From Centroscyllium fabricii (lineage: Eukaryota): 64,000 nt of DNA. The stretch covers positions 253,084,001 through 253,148,000 of the forward strand of contig JBNRSN020000007.1 of assembly GCA_051313645.2 (NCBI GenBank), read 5' to 3'. The notes beneath the pieces are model-generated. The model was not told where the DNA came from and searched no databases. It saw only the letters and a program-made list of their open reading frames with translations. The position numbers and the translations under genes were made by a program. Numbering within the stretch: position 1 is the stretch's first letter; each line of letters opens with the position of its first letter. Below, piece by piece: positions 49,944 through 63,768 of the stretch.

Positions 49944-50469
49944 TACTTTAGTTTTGATAAAGGGTCTGAACCCAAAACGTCGACTCTATTTCTCTCCACC
50001 GATGCTGCCTGAACTGCTGAGTTTTTCCAGCATTTTGTTGTTATTTTGGATTTCCAGCATCTGCAGTATTTTGTTATCGTTCATTCTAGAGGAATTCATC
50101 GCTATCCTGGATCTTAACAAAATCTGTGTCTCAGATTTTTTTCCTCTCGTTACTGTGGCTAATCCACGCTACTATAGGTTCACTACATCACTCACCCCAA
50201 CTGCTGTGACCATCAATGCCAGGTCCATCTTATTCCTTTGCTTTACTCTGGCGCCTCATCCTTTTTCAGCAGCTCAACCTCTACCTCCCCTCAAATTTTC
50301 TCCATTTTGTCTATTGCCACTTCTCTCAAGTTGCCCGAGTGTCCTAGCCAGTATCTCCACCCGCCTCTCCACTCAGTGCAGAGATAAAGTGTGAATTCTC
50401 ATCCTCTGTGATTTGAAACTTCACCTACATTTCCCTTGTCCTGACTCCTGTCTGAAGCAACCTCACCCT

Positions 50470-51165
50470 TAACCCAGGTGGAGGGGTTTAGGGAAGGAGG
50501 TGTTGGCTGTAGATGTGGCTGCCAATAGTGGGGTAAAGGAATAAGGGGAAAGCGCAGTTAGAAATTTTTGAGATGGTGGCAAGCTAAGGCTGGAATAGGT
50601 TACAGAGCTGGAGGGGTGATGCCATGAATGGAATTAAATACAAGAATGAGAATTTTAACTTGAAGTCTTTGGGGGACCAGGAGCCAATGTAGCTCAGCAA
50701 AGACCAGGGTAATAGTTGAGCGGGACCTAGTGCCGGATAAGTTATGGGCTGCAGAGTTTTGAATAAGTTGAAGTTTAGAGGGTGGAGGAAGTGAGGCCAA
50801 CCAACAGAGCTCTGGAATAGTCACATGTGGAGGTAACAGACATGGGTGATGGTGAGTATATGGGTTGAGTAAGACAGAGTGTGATCAGTCTAATTCCGCC
50901 AGAGACAATGGTTGCGAGAGGCACTGAATTGATTGTGAGAGTAAGGAGTTTGTGTTGGGGTCTATAGATGATGGCTTCAGTCTTCTCGATTGTTAACTGG
51001 AGGATGTGGTGGCTCATCCACAACTGAATATCAGATCAGCAGTCTGACGACACACAGGCAGATGAGAGGACAAACGAGATAGAGAGCTGGATGTCACCAG
51101 CATACAAGTGGAAGCTGACCGCTTGTCTGATGATGTTGCCAAGGGGCAACATGTAGATGAGAGGG
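50470..51165 (-). mobile_element. L2-like LINE fragment
   Basis: Minus-strand WMS..LQLTIEKTEAI, KLQLIQNSAA, ELHWLLVPQR. Confidence 0.8.
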
Positions 51166-51456
51166 CCACTGATATCCAAAATGTGCATGTAAATAGACAC
51201 ACAAAATAATTTTTTATGGGTTGCTGCACCTATTAGATTTTTTCTTGTCCAGCATAGTGGTACACTTGCATAAAACTCCCCTTTGTCATTGTCTGCCAGA
51301 AGAGATATTAGAGGAAGGGGCTGAAATTGTGCTGTATGACATTACTGCAAGAAAAGTCAAAGAGAGCACCTCTCAAGTGAATGTGGCATATTCTTTGTAA
51401 TTAGTGGTAGTAGAACTCATTAAGTATATTCTGCTGAATTACTCCATATTTCTTAA

Positions 51457-51849
51457 CACAGAAGATAGGAGGAGTAGGCCATTCGGCCCTTCGAGCCTGC
51501 TCCGCCATTCGATGAGATCATGGCTTATCATCCAAACCCAGTACCCTGTCCCTGCCCTCTCCCCATATCCCTCGATCCCTATCGAGCCTGCACCGACACA
51601 TATCCCACACTATCCCCGTAACCCCACATATTCAATCCCCCTAACACTAAGGGTCAATTTATCCTGGCCAATCAACCTAACCCGCACATCTTTGGACTGT
51701 GGGAGGAAACCGGAGCACCTGGAGGAAACCCACGCAGACACGGGGAGAATGTGCAAACTTCACAGATAGTCACCCGAGGCCAGATTTGAACTCGGGGGCC
51801 CCTAGAGCTGTGAGGCAACAGTGCTAACCACTATGCCACCGTGCCGCCC
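51457..51849 (-). mobile_element. V-SINE (HE1-like)
   Basis: Reverse complement of the 8843-9243 element. Confidence 0.9.
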
Positions 51850-52569
51850 TTCAAGAAGAGATGGGGCTGAAATTTTGCAATCAAGCTCCGCTGCTCAGAG
51901 TGTGGCAGAGTGGGAATCATGATCCACTGTGACATACGTCCCAGACCCTCCCAGAATATCTGGGGTTAGGGTGGGATCCTGTAATTAAAGTACTCTGGTG
52001 GATGCCCACATTAGTATGAATGCATCGTGGATGCCAGATTGGGAATGGGGTGGGGGAAATGAAAGAACCAGGAATATGCATCATTGGATGCTGTGTGGGC
52101 CAGTGGCTCAAGCTATCTATGGTAATCTGCTCCCTTTTTATAAGAGGTACCATTCAGAATACAAATGCTGTTATCTTTATGGGGTTTCTAGACCATGACC
52201 TAGATTTGAAACTTCTGCTGCCCAATTAACCTGGAGGCTGGTAATCTGTTGGTGTCCAGGTTTCTGGGGGCAAAGTAGGAAAAAGCCTGGGGAATTCCAG
52301 CAGGTGACCATTCTGTGGCACTGCGTCTTCTTTCATGTCAGGCCATCAATGGGGTGGATGGAACTTTTTCTCACCATACCGGCTCTCCCCTGGTGTTTCT
52401 GGGCTCATCCTATTTCCTGCCTTAGCTGAGCCCCCTTCCTGTTTTACATTGAAATTCTGCCACAGTGGAAGTTCAGTCACGTTTCTTTTTTTACTGATGC
52501 TGCTCAGTCACCCCATGTTGCTGCACTTTATGCTTTAATAGTGGTTGTTATGCGTAGTCTGAAAGACAT

Positions 52570-53377
52570 GGGGGAGATTTTCGGAGGGCCGTGAGGGTGG
52601 GTTTTTGGTGGGGCGGGGCTTAAAATCCCAAAACCGGGGGTGTCCCGACCCTCTCGCTGGATCCCTGCCCCTTTGCAGTTTTCGGCCGGCGTGTCTAGCC
52701 GGCCCGAATCTTTCCCGTCCGCCACCAGCGGGGTTGATCATTCTGCTCGTTAGGGGCCCATAATTGCTATGGGTAATCCAATTTTAAGGGCCCCTCCCTC
52801 ATGATTTTTCAGCCCTTCCACCCATACCCCGCCATCTTGAAATCCTGTCATCGAAACCTAGCGGGATCACAGTCGGCTTGGTAATTTTCACTTTCAAGGC
52901 ATTGATGGACCTGTAGCAGAATGCCTTCCAGGCCTTCAACACCCTGGAGTTGTAAGTGGCTCCCTTGTCTGAGGAGCAGCTGTAGAGAAAACCTTCCACA
53001 AATTTACCTGACCGATGAATGGAAATGCTTCACAGACAGATGGCCCCTAACTATGAGAGCTTTCCAGCCAGTCCTTAGACCTGTCACTCAACCCACTTGG
53101 GCTTTCAGATTGGTTGCACTCCATTGTGATGTCACAATGCACTGTTTCCATAGAAACTAACAACACAGTCCTTACCCCTGTCAATGAAACCTTCGGCTGT
53201 TAACTGCACCGTTTTCTGACTGGAATATGTCAATTGGCAGGGGCTCTGACACACAGGCAATTAATTGGCCAATTAAACCAAAATGGCATGGGGCTCCCAG
53301 GCCCTTGAACATTCGTGTCAGAAACCTGATCCGCCCAAAACTCGCCAGCTTCCCACACCTATGCGAAAATCCCCCCC
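52570..53377. mobile_element. Non-autonomous TIR element (Harbinger-like)
   Basis: GGGGGAGATTTTCG / CGAAAATCCCCCC termini; shares TTAATTGGCCAATTAA with the 38736-39604 insert. Confidence 0.6.
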
Positions 53378-54214
53378 CCACCCACTCCAGTCCCCACCAT
53401 ACAACATTGAGTTTTGGTTCAGTGATAAAAGTGCTGTCCACAGCCCACTAGAACTACTGCAGCAGCAATGACTCCTAATGGCTAAAGCAGAAGAGACACT
53501 TGTGATACCAGTGAGTTCTCTAACCCAAGGAGGTTCTACCTAATACTGGGAGGCACACTTTGAAGGAAAGTGGGTGGAGGGATTGCAGAACAAATGCATA
53601 CAAATTTTCACCAGAAATGCTGGCTCTTTTATAATTAGTTATAGGACGTGGACATTAGTGGCAAGGCAAGCATTTATTGCCCATCCCTAATTGCCCTCAA
53701 AGGTGGTGCTGAGCCACCTTCTACAACGGAGTGGCCTAGCCAGCCAGCGACGCTCACATCCCATCAATGGATTAAAAAAAAAATCGGCCAATTCAGAGGC
53801 GAGTCAACCACATTGCTGTGGGTCTGGAGTCACATATCGGCCAGACGATCTCCTTTCCTAAAGGACATTAGCAAACCAGATGGGTTTTTACAACAACCTG
53901 GTAGTTTCATGGTCAACATCACTGGTGCTAGCTTTTTATTCCAGATTTATTTAATTGAATTTATATTCCCCAGCTGTCGTGGTGGGATTTGAACTTGTGT
54001 CTCTGGATCACTAATCCAGTAACATAACCATTATGCTACCATTGCTATATAATTGCACTACTTGAGGTTTTTGGTAGCCGGTTCCAAAATAAAAGTAGAT
54101 TTGAAGTTGACACTGAGAAGGAAAGGAGTCCATTTCTCTCTTACGCTCACTAAGGTGATCAATTGTAGCCATCAGCAATAGAATAATAAATATTAGCATC
54201 TAAGTATCCTGTCT

Positions 54215-57200
54215 GATACACAGCATATTGGTTTTATTAGTACTCCATCTTATATATGTATATAGTTCAAAGAATATTCCACAGAGTATAATGAAACCAG
54301 TGCATTTTGCTAGTTTGACACCATACCGACAGCTCCAGCAAGATCATTGGTTCATAATTAAAGTGATATGTAAGTAGAACTGCCCATGCTATTCATTTAG
54401 CAAACAGAAAATACAAAGAACTCAGTTGCTTTACGTATATCGACACGAAGAATCAAAATATTAGCCACATGTATTGAAAAACATATTCACTGTGTATATG
54501 CAATAAATATTAAAAGAATTTGGGTTATTTTGTCTTTTTTTTCTACAGCATTAATACAGGATATTGGAGAACACAAGAAAATCGCAAAATCTGTACATGT
54601 AAACAGCCACACTTTCACTGAGTCAACAATCAGAAGGAAATACAAAGTTCACATTGGTATTAGTACAAACAGTTAAGGAACCGAATTCTCCTCTTCCCAG
54701 TCAAAATAAATCGAAAGCACCACTATTTTGTTGTTTGTTAACAACATCCAGTTAATTTGCTGACTGCAACTGTACAACACGTCAAATTCTCCCAGTTAAT
54801 GGTTATTAACCCTCTGAATCCTACAGGAAATATTTCTGCAGCAGTACAGTTAGCATTGTTCAGTGTCACTTGGAATGGTTTCCATTCAGAAAATGTCTTC
54901 CGTGGGTCAGCATTTTCTGCGTAAGGGTGCAATAGTACAGTAGATCAACAAAGTAAACAGCCTAACAACTAGAATTTAAAAAAAAATCAGCACTCCATGA
55001 TGACTGTATAATTACACACAGTCCTCAGAACTACTCATTATCATTGTGCAACAACATTTCAGTGACTTTGTTATGGCTGAAAAATACTTAGTGGTCCCCC
55101 AGTTTTACTCAATAGCTGCACTTAAGAAAAAGTAACTCACAGCATCAAAGGGGGCTAAGATTGTCTTTGCCTATTTTTTAAAAATCTTTTCTGGAACTGC
55201 TAAGGACAACAACCCACACAGAACAAAACTTTGCAACATCCTGTACATAAAAAATATTTACCCCCCCCCCTCCCCTCCACTACGAAGAAAATTAACTCTG
55301 TCATATACAAATCACTCACAAGGACAATTAGCATAAAACAGAGGGCAGAGAACAGACACCTGCTTTTCGGCCTGAAAGAGGTCCCGAAAGTATATGAATG
55401 AGGTTATATTAAGCTTCCATCGCCTTTCAACATAGCTATCACAGTGGTGGAAATAACCACTGTTTCAAAATCCATTCATGCCATTGGCCTACAATTGGGC
55501 TGTTATGAGGATAGTAGCATTTTCAGTATGGATGAAGAAGTGTTTTTTTTGAATTAAAAACGTTCATAAATTTAATGACACCAAAACAAACATTAAAATC
55601 TACCAGATACTAGTGTACATGGGTGAATGCTAATTAGCCCAACAGATGATATAATTGTGAAGACATTTTGATTTAAAGTCTTCAACACAGGATGTGTTTG
55701 TTAAACAGGTCTCAGTATGGCACCAAGATGGCAACATCGGAACAGGAGTCGGCCATTCAGCCCCTCGAGCCTGTCCCTTCATTCAATGAGATCATGGCTG
55801 ATCCTAACTCCATTTACCCGCCTTGCCTTAATACCCTTAGCGAGCAAAGATCTAGCGATCTTGGATTTAAAATCATTAATTGAGCTAGCAGCTACTGCTT
55901 TTTGTGGCCGAAAGTTCCACATTTCTACCACCCTTCTGCATGAAGAAGTGTTACCTAACTTCTCTCCTGCATGGCTTGGCTCTGATTTTAAGGTTATGCC
56001 CCTCCATGTTCAAGTCTTCCTCACCGGCAGAAATGTTTCTCTTTATCTGCCCTATTAATTCCTTTCAAACGCCTAAGAACCTCAATCAAATCACCCCTTA
56101 GCCGCCTATATTCCAGGGACTACAAACCAAGTTTATGTAATCTCTCCTCATAATTTAACCCTTGAAGCCCTGGTAACATTCTGGTGAATCTGCACTGCAC
56201 TCCTTCCAAAGCCAACATATCCTTTCTACGGTGCGATGCACAGAACTGTACACAGTACTCCAGATATGGTCTAACCAGGGCTTTGACTAGCTGTAGCATA
56301 ACTTCCTCCCCATTATATTCTAGCCCTCCAGTTATAAAGGCTAAAATTCCATTAGCCTTTTTGATTATTTTTTTTGTACTTGACTACTAATTTCTAGTGA
56401 TCTGTGTACATGGACCCCTAAATCTCTTTGGGCCTCCACTGTTCCTATCTTTTCACCATTTAAAAAATACTTGGGATCGTTCCTTCTTTGGTCCAGAATG
56501 GATGATGGTCTGGTTGAGGAATGTTTAAGGTTCACATTTGTTTACTTGCTAGTTCTATATTTAAATAAATATTGCTCTACTGTTTTGGTCTTCATTCACA
56601 AGATATTGGATGGTTGGAGTTGGAAAAAAAAGCTGTGTAACTATATATTGTCACACAGTAATGGAGGTGTGCAGTAGCACCTCAACCAGTAATGTCAGCA
56701 AAATCTAGCGTGCATCATTTATTGGTGTAATAATCATTTTGTTCCTGACAAAATTTGTTAGAATGAATAAGCATTACATTTCAAAACTAACATGGACTTT
56801 AAAAGGTTTCCCCATTACATTCCCCATTAAATATCAAATCATTATTGAGGTTTCTTCAATGGGAAATATCCACTCTTTAAAAAAAGACATTTCACTGCAA
56901 GCTTTCAATGCCCTCTTATTCAAATTGTAGCTAAATTCCAGTGTATAGTTTATTCATACTCTCCAGATGTGTTCTAAGAGCTAAGTGAGAGAAGGAAGTT
57001 ATCAACGGGTTGGGGTGGGGGAGAGTGAGCAAGTAACATCTCAAGCTAATTGTTTTCTGGAACAGTCACTGTATAAGGATTGGTATTAAGTTCCAATTCA
57101 AGGTGATGCAGACCTGTGTGTATGATTGATTTTTACTCTACAGTTGATATTTAACATGTACCAATAATGAAGGGAAAACTGAGGTAGAGATATCTCATAG

Positions 57201-59748
57201 ACAGCCTTTTTACAGGAATGGTTTAAGGTTAGTAACCAGCATATTTAATGAGATATGGGTAACATCAGTCCTGAAGCAATCGTTCTACAAAGTGAGGTTT
57301 GTTCCAAAGCTAGAGTAAACTTTAGATGCAGGCAGCAACCTAGGGCACATATATTCTTCACTAGTTAGGTATGGTTAAAAGTTGTAGGAGTTTAATCCTT
57401 TTTTAAAAGATACATCCTTTACTGGGTCCTCAGAGCAAAACTGTGGGCTTTCCACAGTAAGCAGGTTCTAATAGAGTTCTTTGGAAAGCTAACATGTGGC
57501 ATTTGGAAGCAGATTTACCAAACTTTCACACATCATGCTCAGGGCGTCTGTATTTTGTGTGGGGCTGCCCTATTCTACTCTATAAAGGGTTAACTGCTAG
57601 AATGAGCAAAATACTTTTATCTCAGGTAGATATTTCTGCAAAGTTAATGAGTTCACCCTTGAATGTAGAGAACAAGACTTTGTGGTAATCCATGGGTTTT
57701 ATTAGCCTGAAAGAACCCCAAATAATATCATTGCAGTGGAACAAACCTAAATCTAGGTTAATGGCTTCTTGGAGCCATCTTGTTCAAATATTTATACAGC
57801 CACTGCCAGTGAAGAAAGCTGAACCTTTTGAGAACTAAATTTAATTTGAAGCTTTCTAAACAGTTTATTTCTTACAATATAAGACCTACAATAATTATTT
57901 TAAAGTTGCTAATGGTAACTATTAAAAAGCAGAATTAGAGAAAAGTATAAAATAACAAACCATTTCCTGTTTCACAGTATTCACTTTTTAAAAAAATAGT
58001 AAAAATTTTACGTTGGTATAAATTGTTACCTGAGTTCTGAAAGGTTTCATGATGCACTTTCATTTGCTGAAAAGACAAAAACTTAATCTTGCAGGATTTG
58101 AGATCAAGCATTTGATAGTGAATAAAGCGAAAGATATCTGATGTAACTTCATGAGATGACGGACTGCAACTGGGATTTGGGGTTTACCTACAATAATGGA
58201 TAAGTGCTTATCTGGCTGCAAATTATACCCCTTGAGCTGCCTTTATAGCGTCCGTTCGAGCCAGGCAATACCACATTTACATTGACTTGCTGAAACTTTT
58301 TCTCTTGCCCAAGAGAGAGCGTTGCAAGTGTATGCTTACTACAGTGCATAGAGCTCCTCTCCCAGCAGTTAAATTTTAAATGTTTAGAGAGTGTGAGCGT
58401 CAGTGTCTTACACTATCTGAACCCTTTAAAAGGTGCCCAGTAGGCCAGAGGCATGCCAGGGCAGATTTTACACTTGCTTTGATACTGAATGGATTTCCAC
58501 TCCATGTGATGTCAAACCGGTGGGGTGGGACTCTCCCCTCCTGGCAGTCTCACTCTGGTTCTCTTTGGAGTCAAACTGAGTCCTGACTCTGCATTTGTAC
58601 TACAGTCGCTATTTATGTTAAAATATTACACTAATAACATGGAGGCTGATATGAAACTAGCAATGGCTAAAACTGGAGTTTTGTTGTCTTATGGAATGTG
58701 TTTCTAAAGAATGCCTATCCTGCTGACAATATTATAAAATATTATAATTACAGGCTACAAATCCTATATTTTCTATCAGGCACATTCTGACATCAGAACA
58801 TGCATTAGAATTCTTCAGAGCTTATATGTCCAATATTAATAAACTAGCACTCAGCTGTGTCACTCACTCTGATATAGCAATCCATATGTACAGGCAAGCA
58901 CAAAATGGGCTGCATGTCTTATACTTAAAAAGTGCACTCCACTAATTATAGATAAATGTATGTGATCTTTCACCACCTTTGGACTCATATGTACACTCAT
59001 ATCTCTTGTACACAAATTTCACCCCATCATCAATCTACACACCCACCTTTGGGCCTGTATTATGCCATACATGATCAGATTTAATACCAGGACATTTTAT
59101 TGTGTGTGGATCTCCAACAGTTGCCTCCATTAGTTGCAGCAATAATATATTGCAGACCTCACTGCAGATACTATTTAGTGGATAAATGTCCAGATTTCAA
59201 AAGGAGCAAAAAATAGCTAGTACTAAGACAGTTTTTGTAAATTAGTTGAATAATGCATGTACCATTGATGCTACTATCCTCATAATACATCATACTGATG
59301 ACCAGAATGAACGCCAAACCAATAGAGATTAACTCCTCTGCTCTATTGTTCTTCCAGAAGGCCCAGACTAGGTTATTTCTATTAGCAGCGTTACTAGGTA
59401 TTGCACCTGGGAATTGAATGGTATGTGGGTTTTGTATGGCAACTGGCCAGGAACTGCAGCTGCCTGTGAAGGAGCCGAGTCCTTGCACATGTCAAATCTT
59501 TCAGTTTGTGCTGCCAGCTAAGAAAACAAAGATACTCTGGTGAATGAGGTCCTTGGGTTGAAGACATATGCACTCACACACTCGGTCCTGATGAAGGTCT
59601 GAGGTTAAAGGTTGGTGGCATTATCACCTCCATAGCAGCAACGGGTTAATGGCCATCATGTAACAAGAGGAATCTCCTCCCAATTGCCAGTTGTGAACTG
59701 GGTAACTACAGGACGTGGGGTTTTATCACAAGACTGTGCTGACAAGAG
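54215..59748 (-). promoter_or_regulatory. NOL4L: Probable long NOL4L 3' UTR
   Basis: Mostly unique, AU-rich sequence. Minus-strand AATAAA at 54233-54238, close to where repeats resume; two minus-strand TGTACATA elements (58885, 58988). End inferred. Confidence 0.5.
55733..56505 (-). mobile_element. CR1 LINE 3' fragment inside the predicted NOL4L 3' UTR
   Basis: Reverse-complement CR1 RT end and UTR, similar to 7530-8250. Confidence 0.8.
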
Positions 59749-59951
59749 TCAATTCTGTTGTAAAATGAGGTTTTCCAGTTCATCTGCGGAGCGGAGGAGG
59801 AAGGCTGCTGACTCTCTGTAGCCAGCGATGAGCTGCCGGACCGCGTTAATTTCTGTTGGGCTGAGCTGTGCTGCTGGTACACTCCTGCTGTTGTTTGTGT
59901 TGGATGAAGTCGAGTTTGCGGCCAGTGCCTTCATGCTGAGATCAGTTGGAC
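59749..59951 (-). CDS. NOL4L: NOL4L terminal coding exon
   Basis: tttcag acceptor (59952-59954 on the - strand); (G)[66 protein letters not shown], the NOL4/NOL4L C-terminus. SRxVPxAQLSP, RQLIAG and ASXL1 adjacency favour NOL4L. Confidence 0.88.
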
Positions 59952-62509
59952 CTGAAAGGATTAAGAAATTAACCCATTTATCTTTCATGTTAAACATTTT
60001 AACATACTCAGTAGTTTTACTGACCAACGGTGATTTTGATAAGAAACTGGCGGTACAAGCTTCGGGGAGAATCTTAAATGGTAAAAATATGAAACGTGCA
60101 TTTGTATGTGTAATGTTTTTGCAGCAGAACTGGATACTTACTTTTGAAAACACTCCAAAGATGTAATATGTGGGTTACAGACCAGATTCTTATAAATCAT
60201 TGAGTTTTCAGATCTGCTACCTCACAGAGAAGAGGGAAGGGAAGTTGCTTGCTGCTAGACTTCATCAAATTGGTGAAAAAGCTCAGAGTAATAAGCATTT
60301 GTGATGTTTGTAAGTTAACTCCATAGCCTAGGAATTGAGCCTTTAAACTGATAAGTGGGGAAATATGGCAATAAAATTGGGAACTGCTGCAGTCCCAATC
60401 AGTCTATATTGCTGGCCATGCCAGGAGGCTTCTGTGTACTAAGAGTACAGTGTGGGTATTAGGTTAATGAAGGCAATTAATACTAGCATAATAGTCATTT
60501 ACGTGGGGGGGGGGAAGGGGGAAGAGAAACCGGAACCATATTTATCAGCTTCCATAACATGTGTGCTACGTGCTCCTACTATATATAATTCTGGTGTTTG
60601 AGCTGAAGCAGTGTGTGTAGTGAAGATTTACCAGGAAATAGCGGAGTTTCCAAGCAATACTGTTGTCTAAACACAGCACAAAACGAATTGCATTCAGTGC
60701 TCCCCAAGCACTAAATTTGGCTGCGGAGCATCAACAGGTTAAGGAATGAGTTAGCAGAAATGTGAGGTGGCACTACAGGCGTATTATCTGGAACCCCAGG
60801 TCTCCGGAGGTTACAGTTTAGTAGGGAGACAGTGACCAAGCTTGATGTCTCCTACACAAAGGCCTTAAGACAACAACGATATACTGGACAGTAATACCAG
60901 TAGCCATGAAGATCTTTATGCTTCTGACTCCTTCCAGGCTGGCACTGGGGACACCTGCAGTGTCAACCAATTTGCTGCTCACAGATGCAGCAAGGATGGT
61001 GACTGATGATTAGTCCAGGAGGCCAACACTTTCTGAACATTTACCACTCAGCAGAGTTGCACAGTTCCATAGTACAGCTGACTTTCCATGACTTTATAGG
61101 GTAATTGATTGGCTGCACTAATTGCATTGGCTCCTGCCCATAATGATGTGACCTACATGAACAGTAAGTGATTCTACTCTCTCATGTTCAGCTGGTCTGC
61201 AACTACGAGGATAGAATCATCCAGGTCAATGGTTAGATCCTTGCAGTTCTCTTAATGCATTTATTTGACCCCAATTTTCTTTGTTGGCCTTGTTTGAAGT
61301 GCGTGGAACAATGGGTCCAGGGAGACCCATAATACCACTGCACCACCCATGGAGAGAACCTGAATGTTGATGCAATGAGGCCCACCAGGATCATTATTAA
61401 GCATACTGAAACAGTGTTTCAAATGTTTGGATGAACGATAGAACAACCTCCCTCTCCCCTCACCACAGTCATTGTCATGTTCTATAGGCTTCGTAACTTT
61501 GCTCTGACGCAGAGTCCAGATGTGCCAGTGAAATAAAGATGCAGCTTTGTAACATTAATGCATTCTCAAAAACAGTTGTGCTGGGTACCAATACGAGATA
61601 GTTAGCTAGGTGCCTGAGTTATCCCTTTAAAAAAAAAAAAAAAAAAACCTCCTATCCACAAAACAAAGAATTGGCCTAAAACTCCTTCAGCACCACTGTC
61701 CTCTTTCTTTACTACCATCAGTGCCCATCGTTTTCACTGCTGCTGCATTATTCTGCACAACTACATTCTCAGAATAATGTACAAATCAAGTGCACAAAAA
61801 AAAAAATCACTGAATAATTTGCATGATATGTGAATGATGTGTTTAGACACAGTGCTTCTTCCCTTTTGTGCTGGTAAATTGTGTGATGGGTAACGTCTAA
61901 CCTACAATATCTTCTCAAAGATTCCCTAGTGACAGAAGTATGTGTGTTGGTTGGCTGCAGGGTTTCACTGGAGGTTTTCTGGAGTTCTTATGGTCCTAGA
62001 CCGCTTTGGGCTGGTGGACTAGGTGCTTCCGGGCGGGCAGAAAAGAGGCGGCTATTAGTCACAAGAATTGTGTGCCTCCTCTCCCTGACTCCTTACAGTA
62101 GAGTTTACAGTGTCTGGCCAATAAAACTGTATTTTCCTCCACTCTGTAATGTCCAATTTTACAGCAATGTTGCTGAGTAAACATCTGCCTTCCAGTGTTA
62201 TTTCAGGTACTTAACTCATTCCTAGTGCAGTTCACAGCTGGTTTAGAGGATTAGTGCTTCTCCCTTTTCACTGGTAGGATTGTTGCATGAAAGATGTAGC
62301 TCGCATGTCAGCAAAATTTGAGTAAACCAGCAAGCTCTATTGTGCCCCCAAAACCTTTAACAACTCACTGTTTATCCATGAATAGCACATCAAAAGCAAT
62401 TTCCAAGCTTACAAGATCAAGTGTTCTGATAAGCAGAGCAGAGTTATAAACTGAAATCATTTAGAAGTTCCTGTTGGTCAATGATGGTGGCAAAAGTCAC
62501 AAATATTGT

Positions 62510-63261
62510 GGGCCCAGAAATTCGGGTCGGGGGCTTCCCGCAGGTGTAAGCCTCCGACCTGCACTTACCTAGCGCGTCGGCGGTTGTGCTGTGGGCCCGC
62601 GAGGAATTCCGTTCCTGGGCCTCCTCCAACTGCCGGCGCGCAGTGCTTGCGTATCCCAGCGGCGCAGTTAGTGCGATGCGTCCCCTGGGATCACGTGGGC
62701 CAGGGAGAGCCAATCAGAGCAGAAAATGCTCCATTCATAAGTTTGACAGGAAGAGCTGTCAAAACTATGAATACTAGAAGCCCCAAAACATCACTAAAAT
62801 TTAAAATATTTTTTTTTTAAAACATCACATTTTTAAAATAACTATAAATTACATGAAATAACTTTTAAACAATAATTAAAAATTTTGAAAAAATTAATTA
62901 TATTTTCTAACGGGGCTTAAAATAAACTTACCTTTCTTTAAAGTATTTAAAAATAATAAACCCGTGGAAAAAAGGTTTTAATTTGAATTAATTCACCACT
63001 TACCTTGTTAAAAGCAGGCCTTACGCCTGCTCTTTTCATGTGTAAAATATTCACACTTACCCGGACACACAAACCTGGGAAAAAATGTAAGTGCAATGCG
63101 CACGCGCTGCTGCACATCACCTCTTAACCCCTTAGTTCGGGGGAACAGAAGTGCCAGTTTCCTGTGCATACGCAGTGCATGCACGAAACCGGCACTTTAG
63201 TGGGGCCTACGGGTGAGTGCCCCGTGTGTACTCACCCGTGGAGACCCCAATTTCTGAGCCC
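62510..63261. mobile_element. Non-autonomous TIR element (Harbinger-like)
   Basis: GGGCCCAGAAATTCGGGTC / GACCCCAATTTCTGAGCCC; shares AATGCTCCATTCATAAGTTTGACAG with the 45307 copy. Confidence 0.75.
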
Positions 63262-63272
63262 ATCTCTAGATA

Positions 63273-63768
63273 CAGGTTGAGCACCGTTAATCCGGCACGG
63301 GTGGGACCAGGCCCGTGCCGGGAAAGTGAAAATCCAGAATGATTGAAGCTTCGGCGAGCGCATGCGCTGACCATTCAAAATGGCTGCCGCGAAAGGCCGG
63401 CGGCCATTTTGAGTGGTCTGCGCATGCGCTTATTGTTCAGTAAGGCAAGGCCCGGCTCGGTAAGGCAAGGCAAGGCCCAGCTCGGGAAGGCGAGGCCCGG
63501 CTCGGTAAGGCGAGGGCCGGCGAGGCCCGGCTCAGGAAGCCCCGGCCCGGGATCGTTCGGCAGCGCATGCGCAGATCATTAAAAACTTCGGCGACCATTG
63601 TGAATGATCTGCGCATGCGCTCGCCGTTCGGCGGCGCATGCGCAGATCATCCACTGAAGCATCAATCGCGGCGGCCATTTTGCACATGCGCAGGGCAGTC
63701 GGGGCAATTTGTTCCGGAAGACTGAAGTTGCCGGCTTATCGGGTAACAGATTAATGGTGCACAACCTG
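63273..63768. mobile_element. Tigger-like MITE, copy 4, with internal minisatellite
   Basis: CAGGTTGAGCACCGTTAATC / GATTAATGGTGCACAACCTG, TA flanks; TAAGGCAAGGCCCGGCTCGG-like tandem units at about 63440-63550. Confidence 0.88.

Larger units (their letters stand above)
49270..50079. mobile_element. Penelope-like element (family B) with inverted terminal copies
   Basis: 10-bp TSD TTCATTCTAG (49260, 50080); minus strand 49669-49595 encodes QHLIFRLGTLQPSGLNIEFNNFRS* (GIY-YIG C-terminus); inverted copies of a hammerhead-bearing end. Confidence 0.82.
48985..50460 (+). mobile_element. LINE (L2/CR1-like) endonuclease remnant hosting Penelope insertions
   Basis: ALQNVCSLANKVAIIHNFIL joins EEFIAILDL across the insertion, resembling an APE-domain N-terminus. 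Confidence 0.55.

Noticed and set aside
59828-60166. 112-aa plus-strand ORF and the upstream part of ORF 59749..60153
   Set aside because: Antisense shadow and intronic extension; NOL4L similarity starts at the 59951 acceptor.
63440-63550. Short repeated units suggesting a CRISPR-like array
   Set aside because: Degenerate minisatellite inside a MITE; no unique spacers, and the context is eukaryotic.
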